DNA of 64,000 nt from Gordius albopunctatus (taxonomy: Eukaryota): NCBI GenBank assembly GCA_964276515.1, contig OZ193909.1, positions 7,192,001 to 7,256,000 of the forward strand, read 5' to 3'. Shown piece after piece: positions 54,825 to 64,000 of this stretch (positions within the stretch are counted from its first letter, which is position 1; each line of letters opens with the position of its first letter). Below the pieces are notes generated by a model. It was given only the letters and a program-made list of their open reading frames with translations, was not told where the DNA came from and made no database searches. The translations under genes were made by a program, and so were the position numbers.

Positions 54825-57800
54825 TCTATATATATAAAAATCTAAGTACCGTTTTTTTGTGCGCTAATAACTTTTGAAGTTCTCAACCGATTGCCACCAA
54901 ATTTGGCCAGATTATTGCCTTAGCATTGTAGAAGGTTTATAGATACTTTTTATTAAGCTGCGACAGCGGGAACCATGTTTTTTAATTTGGTTACCGCTAT
55001 CTAGCGGACGTCAGCTACAACGCTTATCTCGATTATTATTTTATGTTAGAGTTGTGCTCATAGTTTTAAATGTTTTTCTACTAATCTTTTGTCACATATT
55101 TCACTATTTTTATTTACCTTTGGGTTATTTTTTACAATATATATATATCTGTTACAACTAAATAATTAAAAACCGTAAAACATCAAAAATTTTATAATAT
55201 AAAAAAGACGCGTGCTCTGTTAAGGATTTACGTATCTAAACGTTTGACGTGAAAATATTGTTATAATAATTATAGCGCGCATCAAGAGTACAAAGTTTCA
55301 TTTAATAAAAACAGCCCACTTCAAGATATTACAAATAATTTCTCCATATGTTTACTTATATTTCTGAAAAGTCTAAACCCAAGAACACAACACACCATGC
55401 ATTAGAAACAACTGAAATCACTGCTGTTTAAGTAACCTCAATTTTATTACACTACATTTTTGCTTTAATAATTATTTAAGCCCACTTCAAGATATTCCAA
55501 ATAATTTCTCTATATGTTGCCTTATATTTCTGAAAAGTCTAAACCCAAGAAAACAACACATCATGCATTAGAAACAACTGAAATCACTGCTGTTTAAGTA
55601 ACCTTAACAATCTTATATTAGAAATATTTTTCCAAACTAATAGCATTTCTATGGTATTTTTTACCCCACATTTAAATTTGTTATATCTTTTTAACCATAT
55701 TTGATTAAAACTTCAAACTTTAAACTTATCTTTGTAAAATACTATTGAATGTTTTTAATACACAGGGAAACATTATACTATTATTACACTACATTTTTAC
55801 TTTAATAATTTTTTAGCATACAAAGTTTCATTTAATAAAAACAAGTTTTACTTTAAAAAAAAATTCGACTTATTTATGTATTTTTCATTTTCTTAGTATA
55901 TCGACTTTAGATTCATGCGCCCCAAGAAAACATCTATTGGACGTAAAACACGAAATACGGATCGAGTGCGCCGATTGCGTGCTCTTGAGCTTGAAAATGA
56001 ACTACAACAGTCTGCAACTCTGTCTCAGCCACCTTCACGTGCTCAGCCATTACCCGCAGGCAACCGCCTAGCATTTTCTTACCCATCTAATATTGAAAGT
56101 TTACGTCGCCATGTTCTCATTGGTACTATGTCTATTGTGTGTCCTCATTGCAATGCCTTGAAATTTGCTGGAGAAACGACTGGAATGTGTTGCGCAGCCG
56201 GAAAAATTAAACTGCCTCACCTTGCAGAACCGCCTGAGCCATTAAAAACATTGCTGGCTGGTTATACCACTGATTCTAAACATTTTCTATCTAACATCAG
56301 GAAATACAACTCCTGTTTCCAAATGACGTCGTTTGGCGATGATGTTGTAACCACACAATTCATGCCTACATTCAAGGTAAAAGGTCAAATTTATCATAAA
56401 GCCGGATCCCTCCTTCCATTGCCAGAAGGGCAACATAAGTTCCTACAACTATATTTTATCGGAGATGATGAGATAGAATTATGTGCACGCCTCGACATTT
56501 TTAGCGGTTTAAAAAGATCCATCGTTTCACAGCTTCAGTTGCTGCTTCATGCTAATAATAATTTAGTGCGTTTATTCAAAACTGCACTGGACATAATGCC
56601 TTCAGATACCCACAAAATAGTCATTCATGCTGACAAAACTCCTCCGGGAGAACATGGGAGAAGATTTAATGCCCCAACTATACATGAAGTCGCCATTGTT
56701 ATAGTTGGGGATCAATTTCAACCTAGAGACATTGTGCTTCATAGGAGAAACAATGCTTTGACATAAGTTTCTGATACTCATCGCTGCTATGACCCCCTAC
56801 AATATCCAATTATATTTTGGGATGGTGCTGACGGATATCACTTTAACGTTAAGACGATAAATCCAATCAATGGCGAACCTACAAACTCAAAATGCAGCGC
56901 TATGAACTATTATTCATACAGAATAATGATTCGAGCGGACGGGGACAATTTTATTTTAAAATGCCGGCAATTATTCCACCAATACATCGTGGATATGTAT
57001 GCCAAAATTGAATCGGAGCGTTTGCTATACATCCGCTTAAATCAGCCTAAACTTCGCTCAGAAGAATATATCCATTTACGAGATGCTCTTCGTAACGACT
57101 CTAATACCATTAACGTTGGGAGATTAACCATTTTGCCTTCATCTTATACAGGAAGTCCACGCCATATGCATGAATACGCTCAAGATTCAATTGCGTATGT
57201 TCGTAAATACGGTCTTCCGGACCTATTTATAACTTTTACATGCAACCCAGCGTGGGACGACATAAAAGACCTTTTGTTTCCTGATCAATTACCTATCGAT
57301 AGGCATGACATTACCGCCCGTGTTTTCCGGCAAAAACTTAAATCAATGCTTAATCTCATTGTTAAGCATGAGGTATTTGGGTCTGTGTGTTGCTGGATGT
57401 ATTCAGTCGAATGGCAAAAGAGAGGTTTGCCTCATGCCCATATACTCATATGGCTATATAGCAAGATTATGTCAAACGAAATCGACGCTTTAATATCTGC
57501 TGAAATTCCCGACCCCAACTTAGATAACGATTTGTACCAAATTGTTACAAAAAATAGGATACACGGCCCTTGCGGAACACTTAATCCAAGATCGCCATGC
57601 ATGAAAGACGGCAAATGCTCAAAACGATATCCTCGAAGCTTAGTATGCAATACAATTACCGGCAACGATGGATACCCTTTGTACAAAAGAAGATCAATAG
57701 AAGATGGTGGTAACGTAGCACCCATCCCCATACGCAATGCAACGGTCGAGGTGGACAACCGATGGGTTGTTCCATATAGTCCTCTGCTCTTAAAATTATA

Positions 57801-60783
57801 CAAATCTCACATCAACGTTGAGTATTGTAACTCCGTTAAATCCATCAAATATATTTGTAAATATATAAACAAAGGCAGTGATATGGCAGTTTTCACTGTT
57901 CAACCAGATAGCATAGCCCAATTAGGGAACCTTCACACCGATGAAATCGCACAGTATCAGGCTGGAAGATACATTAGCAGTAATGAAGCTGTGTGGCGTA
58001 TTCTATCCCTCCCCATACATGACCGTAGTCCTGCTGTGGTTCCCTTAGCCGTGCATCTAGAAAATGGGGAGCGAGTTTATTTTACAAATGCTAATGTCCA
58101 ACAAATCGCCTTAAACCCCCCCGACACAACGCTCACAGCTTTCTTCAAGCTATGCCAACATGATGTTTTTGCGCAGACGCTGCTCTATTCAGAGGTACCT
58201 ACCTACTACACATGGAATTCGCGTAGCAGATCGTTTTGCCGTCGCAAACGTGGAAAGCGTGTCGATGGACACCCTGACATATTCGAAGATGATGCGATAG
58301 GCCGACTATACACTATCCATCCCAATCAAGATGAATGTTTCTTTCTTCGCATGCTTTTAATTAATGTACGTGGTCCTACATGTTTCCAAGAATTAAAAGT
58401 GGTCGACGGTGTTGTACATCCCACTTTCCGCAGTGCATGCCAAGCTATGCATCTATTAGAACACGATAATCATTGGGATGAATGCATCAGTGAAGCGTGT
58501 CATACTACAAATCCAAAACAAATCCGTGCATTATTTGCGATTATATTGACTTCATGCTCTCCGTCAAATCCTAAATCTTTATGGGATAAATATAAAGCAC
58601 ACATGGCAGAAGATATTATTCATCGGAATAGTACTTCACATCCTATCATTAACATGCCTCAAATGTCACATTATAATCAAGCTTTAATTATTCTTGAAGA
58701 TTTATGCTTACGAATCGGGAATAAAGTTTTAATACAATTGGGGATGCCTGCGCCTAATCGCTCTTCTGCCGCTCCATTACATGCCGAATTCTACCGTGAA
58801 CTTAATTATAAACAAGAAGATCTTTTGTTTTATGTGCGCTCTAATGTTCCAAGGCTAACACTCCAACAAAAAGCCATTTATGATACAATATTATTAGCTG
58901 TTAATAAAGGTTCTGGAGATATTTTTTTCCTAGATGCTCCTGGCGGAACTGGTAAAACATTTTTACTGACTTTACTTCTTGCAACTGTTCGATCCCAAAA
59001 TGAAATAGCCGTGGCTCTTGCATCTTCCGGAATAGCTGCGACATTGTTGCCTGGTGGTAAAACTGCTCATTCAGCATTAAAATTGCCTTTAAACATTCAT
59101 TATAGCGAAACTTCCATGTGCAACATTTTCCGAGCATCTGGAATGGGTAAAATATTAGAAAGATCCAAACTTATCGTTTGGGATGAATGCACAATGGCCC
59201 ATAAAAAATCGCTCGAAGCTCTAGATCGTTCTTTGCAAGATTTTCGGCGAGATTCCAGACCATTTGGTGGAGCATTTTTATTGCTTGCAGGAGATTTCAG
59301 GGAAACTTTACCAGTGCTTCCTCGATCAACCCCTGCTGATGAGCTCAATGCTTGCCTAAAATATTCTATTTTATTGCCTTATGTAAAAACCTTAAATTTA
59401 ACTACTAATATGCGTGTAATGTTACAAAATGAGCAAGCAGGTGAGTTATTCTCCCATCAATTGCTATAAATTGGAAACGGAACCGTGCCCGTCGATATAA
59501 ACACAGGACGGATTTCATTTCCTACCAACTTCTGCCATTTTGTGTCGTCCAAAACAGCTTTGGTAGAAAAAGTTTTTCCAAATATCAACACCCATTATCA
59601 GGATCGAATATGGCTCCGTCAACGGTCTATTCTTGCCCCAAAGAATAAAGACGTCCAAGAACTTAACAATCTCATTCTGTCTACAATTGACGGCACTCCA
59701 GTTACCTACAAATCGGTTGACACTGTTGTTACTGCTGATGACGCTGTTAATTATCCGCTCGAATTTTTAAATTCGCTAGATCTCCCAGGCATACCACCAC
59801 ACGTTTTGCATTTGAAAATTGGCGTACCGATTATGATGTTGCGCAATGTTAATCAGCCAAAACTTTGCAACGGCACACGTCTTCCTATTAAACGCTTAAT
59901 GTGCAACGTTGTTGAGGCCACGATTTTGACTGGACCTTTCACTGGAGAAGATGTCCTCATACCACGGATCCCTTTGATTCCAACAGATTTACCATTTGAA
60001 TTCAAAAGATTGCAATTTCTTTTTAAACTCGCATTTGCTATTACCATTAACAAAGCTCAAGGCCAGTCTCTAGAAATTTGTGGTATAGATTTAGAAACAG
60101 ATTGTTTTTCACATGGACAATTATATGTTGCATGTTCGCGCGTCGGCAATCCACAAAATTTGTATATCTACACAGATAATAACATGACCAAAAATATTGT
60201 CTATCCCCAAGCATCATAGCAATTTCTTCCTTTCTAAGGAAGAAGTTAAGCTGCGAAGCATCTCTTACCCGAACCTACAACCCTCTTTATAACGCCTCAC
60301 TACTTTTCTGTATGAATAATTAAAGTTAGTATTATTTCTATTTATCCACTCATAACTTTTAGCAATTACCATTAAAGCCTATTGATTTTACTCGCGTATA
60401 ATCACCTTTTAAATTCTATAATTTTATATTTCTTTTAGCATTTCTCCCCTTTTTATTAGATTTTGACTGGACCTTTCACTGGAGAAGATGTCCTCATACC
60501 ACGCATCCTGCCGTTTTTTTGTGCGCTAATAACTTTTGAAGTTTTCAACCGATTGCCACCAAATTTGGCCAGATTATTGCCTTAGCATTGTAGATGTATT
60601 AATAAATATTTTATATCGCTCTTCAATAAATATTATGGATATTTATTTGCATTAGCATTAGGACCTTTCACATTATAAATTATTTCATATATGACCTTAT
60701 TTTAGATAAGTCTTATTAATAGGTTATACTTATTTAACCACTTAAGGACTGAGCCAAAGGAACGCTTGGCCGGGCACAGCTAG
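54825..60783 (+). mobile_element. Autonomous-type Helitron, 5959 bp
   Basis: A|TC 5' end, subterminal hairpin GCCAA-aggaacgc-TTGGC and CTAG|T 3' end; inserted in (TA)n with no TSD. Confidence 0.96.
55915..60219 (+). pseudogene. Helitron Rep/PIF1-helicase; one reading frame with two premature TAA stops (56764, 59467)
   Basis: CPHC..CC zinc motif, FITFTCNP, HUH motif PHAHILI, Y2 motif KYICKYINKG, Walker A GGTGKT, WDEC, TINKAQGQSL and HGQLYVACSRV; all three ORFs share a frame. Confidence 0.95.
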
Positions 60784-60807
60784 TATATATATATATATAT
60801 ATATATA

Positions 60808-61395
60808 CCAATTCAAAAACGAAAAACAAAAAATTTGGATTTATTTGGCCAATGGTCATTTTTTTCATTGGTCAGTAGCCTACGGACGGTCAAAATGTCA
60901 TATTATCAATGGTATTAACAAGAATAAAATATTAATTTAATTTAAAAAAAAAAAAATTTTGTCCTCTCCGGGTCTCGAACCATCAATTTAGAACGTTATG
61001 CGGGATTCAAACCCACATTAAATAGAGGCATAAGCCTTTGGAGGGGAACATGGAACCATATCAATAGAGGCATAGGCCCTCGTAAGGGAGGGCATAGGGT
61101 AATTATCAATGTTAAACTATTCAAAAACGAAAAATTAAAAATTTCGATTTATTTGGCCAGTGGTCATTTTTTTCATTGGTCAGTAGCCTGCGGACGGTCA
61201 AAAAGTCATATTATCAATGGTATTAACAAGAAAAAAATATTAATTTAATTTAAAAAAAATAAAAAAATTTTGTCCTCTCCGGGTCTCGATCCACAACCTT
61301 GCAAGTCGGGAAGCTGGTGTAAATAACTTCGTGGATGACGGACGGACGGACGGACGGACAACAAAAAACGAGCCCATAAATTGCATAGCAATTAA
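60808..61395 (-). mobile_element. DINE-1/Helentron-associated element, part B (5' end)
   Basis: SubTIR GCCCATAAATTGCATAGCAA (61372-61391), (ACGG)n microsatellite and the same internal repeats as part A. Confidence 0.7.
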
Positions 61396-61875
61396 TAATC
61401 CAAAATAATTATGGCGCTATATTATTAAACAAACTTTAATCGCAGTTTTTAAATTTTTAAATTTTATGTATATTGTTTAAATGATATATTTTAAAATTCT
61501 GTTTTTTATATATACCCAGTCCAATATATTTTTATTTGCCTTTTTAAGGTTATTTAATTTTCAAAAATTACTAATTTCTATATAATCACCACTTTACCAT
61601 GTTCATGTCAAAATGGTGGAAAAAAGGGTACACATATTGTGCGTTGATGATCAGTCTATTTCTAGTCCATGCTGGGGATATTTTGCTGAACATCTTTGCT
61701 TTTTTAAGCCTTTAATTAACATCCGTTTAATAATATTGGGCCAACGGATTAGGCATGGTAAATTCCACCCGATATGCATTCAAAATTATTGGAGGTGATA
61801 TTTTTTTAAAGTGGGTGTTGTTTTTAATCAATAAAATGGAAATTGTTTAAATGTGTTTTTATTTATTACGGCACT

Positions 61876-63648
61876 TAGAGAACTGCAAAATCACTTTTTT
61901 CAACCCGAAACCGACCCGACCGGAAAAATTATTAAAACAAATTACTTTCGAGCGCGAAAATTGCGGTGTAAAATTAAATCGACAAATAATAAAAAGGTTA
62001 TATTATTATAAAACTGTTATTTTAATTCTTACCTCCTCCAGATCTTTTGCTATAACACAATGTAAAATTATATATAAGGTTCTCCATGATGATTTGTATT
62101 CTTTAAAGGGGATGATGAAAAAAAAACTAATATTTATTTATCTATATTTAGTTTCCTAATATTAAGTAAACTGCTCATATGTTAAAAACTTGAGACAACT
62201 ATTTAACATCCATTTATTTTTATTATGAAACCATTATTATATAGCTGATTATAATCAATATAGTAAATATAATGAAATTTATAATAACTGTTTAAATGTT
62301 TTAAGTTTGAAGTGCAATTTAAGATATGGTTGAGGGCTTGAGGGCCAAATGTTGTTAAGGTAGTGGTCGCAATGGGACAGAAAATAATTGATGGACCTAG
62401 GTCAGAATATTTGGTAATTTTTTGAGCTTCGGCTGTCGCCAGTGGATCTTTATTTTGATTTGTTGGTGCAAAAGCATCGGAGCAAGTAAAATCCCAGGCC
62501 AAGCTAAGTCCTTTTTCCCAAGGAGACAGCGTTTGGCCATCAGGTCTCTTACTATCTCCACAAAGACCTGATGGTTCAAGGATGGATGGAAAGCCAGCTT
62601 TATTCATGTAGTTATGAATAACTTTATTGACAGCAACGTGGCGCAAATATCTTGCCTTATTGCGGTTGCAATGGAGGCCATGGCCTCAACCTTATCAAAA
62701 AAGTGGGAAAACATCTTTCCACGTTTTCCGGCGACAAACGTGAAGCATTTTTTATGAGGCAGAAAATTGCAATTACCATTTGTAAATATAATTCAATCGC
62801 GATATATGAATGTTTTCCTGATATTTATGGTAATGTATAATCAACTTATATCCTGATTAATACAAATAATTAAAGAGAATCATTGTTAAAAAAAATTTAA
62901 GATATTATAAAAAAATTTTTATATAATTATATAACAAACTAATATATATTTACTAATTTATACTATCTAATATTAAGTTAAATACTCATGTGTTATAGAT
63001 TTTAGAGGCAACTATTTAATATCAAATCATTGTTAAGATATATTGTCTAAGGGTAAAATAACTCAAATGATTTAAAATACTTTATAAATAAACAAGTTAT
63101 CATACCATATTAATTAAAAGTATAACTTACTTTTAAGTTATCTTTAAATATGTATTAAATTTAATTTAAATTAATGACGAGGAATAGCTAAATCTTCACG
63201 ATTAAGACTAAAAAAACTTAAAATATAACTTTATTGAAATAATTTACCCTTTAATAGTCAAATTAAAAACAGGAGTAATTTATTTAGTTTGAATTAATGA
63301 TGAGAATTAGCTAGCACTTCAGAGTTCGGAGTTTTAAAATTTAAAAAAAGAGGAAATCCAGCCCCTGGCGAAATGGACAGCTGGCAAAAAGTCATAAAAG
63401 TTGCAAAATAGTGTGCTTATTTATATATATCTAAAATATATGATTTATATATACAATTTATAGTATATTTTTTGTTAAAAAAAATAGGTCTCGCGTGTTT
63501 TTTACAATGTATAAACTTGGAACCGACTCTAAAAATTTGACCCGACCCGAAAGCATTTAAAAATGTTTGACCCGAACCCGACCCGACCCGAAAGCATTTT
63601 CCCGAGGTCGGGTCGGGTCTGGTCTTGGGTCACCCGTGCAGTTCTCTA
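61876..63648. mobile_element. Non-autonomous hAT-like element
   Basis: TIR TAGAGAACTGCA ... TGCAGTTCTCTA with ACCCG subterminal repeats; the TSD is only partly conserved (cggca). Confidence 0.7.
62325..62895. mobile_element. 3' fragment of a CRE-clade (RLE) non-LTR retrotransposon with a 5' inversion
   Basis: Minus strand: HGLHC..RH..VN, KRPDG, WDFTC, AE..K..KY and FGPQALN. The plus strand continues LNLIKKVGKHL...QKIAITICKYN, followed by a short poly(A). Confidence 0.85.
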
Positions 63649-63657
63649 CGGCATACA

Positions 63658-63822
63658 CATGGGCGTAGCTAGGGGGAGGCAGGGATGGGCGGCCGTCCCC
63701 TCTAAATCCAAATATTCTTCAAAATTTATTAAAATTATGGCTAAAATTTCAAATAATTATTATTTTTCCCCTACCTAAATCATTATTGGCACCCTCTAAT
63801 TCAAAAGCTAACTATGCACATG
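63658..63822. mobile_element. hAT-type MITE (CATGGGCGTAGC family)
   Basis: CATG termini; TSD GGCATACA/GGGATACA (7 of 8 match). Confidence 0.8.
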
Positions 63823-64000
63823 GGGATACATAATATTATACAAGCACTCGAGTGTTTATAATTTTGTTAAAAACGTCAAAACAATCTGTGAAATACATTC
63901 AACGCAATAGAGCAATGTAATGAAAATTAATTTAAGAATTTTTTATTCGCAGATCCAATGAATTTTACCTTCTGAAGACAAATTTTTCTCTTGAAATATT

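Noticed and set aside
56764..59469. TAA reassignment or readthrough in the Helitron ORF
   Set aside because: POLRMT ends at its conserved FFS followed by TAA, and CDK1 also ends in TAA, so TAA is a stop here. Point mutations explain the two Helitron stops.

Overview
AT-rich eukaryotic DNA, probably from an invertebrate animal, with spliced genes and very dense, nested transposable elements. Host genes reconstructed by hand from splice sites: (1) a secreted single-IGFBP-domain gene (3344-11045) with two tandem, apparently interchangeable terminal exons; (2) mitochondrial RNA polymerase POLRMT (about 20195-46796, many exons, one 11.6-kb intron packed with TEs); (3) CDK1 on the minus strand (47080-48271) with five 33-37 nt introns. 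TEs include a decayed Gypsy-type LTR element (14323-19793), a hAT element with about 1-kb TIRs and an apparently intact spliced transposase (its core is duplicated across an N-gap, probably an assembly artefact), RTE LINEs, a near-complete Helitron, DINE-1/Helentron-like elements, piggyBac, pogo, Chapaev-like and hAT MITEs, and an inverted CRE-type LINE fragment. The most unusual object is nested in the LTR element: a 2.6-kb ORF1 + RT/RNase H cassette with DIRS- or hepadnavirus-like motifs, no integrase or recombinase, bounded by 142-bp direct repeats and outer G/C-run inverted repeats. All calls come from manual reading; no searches were run.
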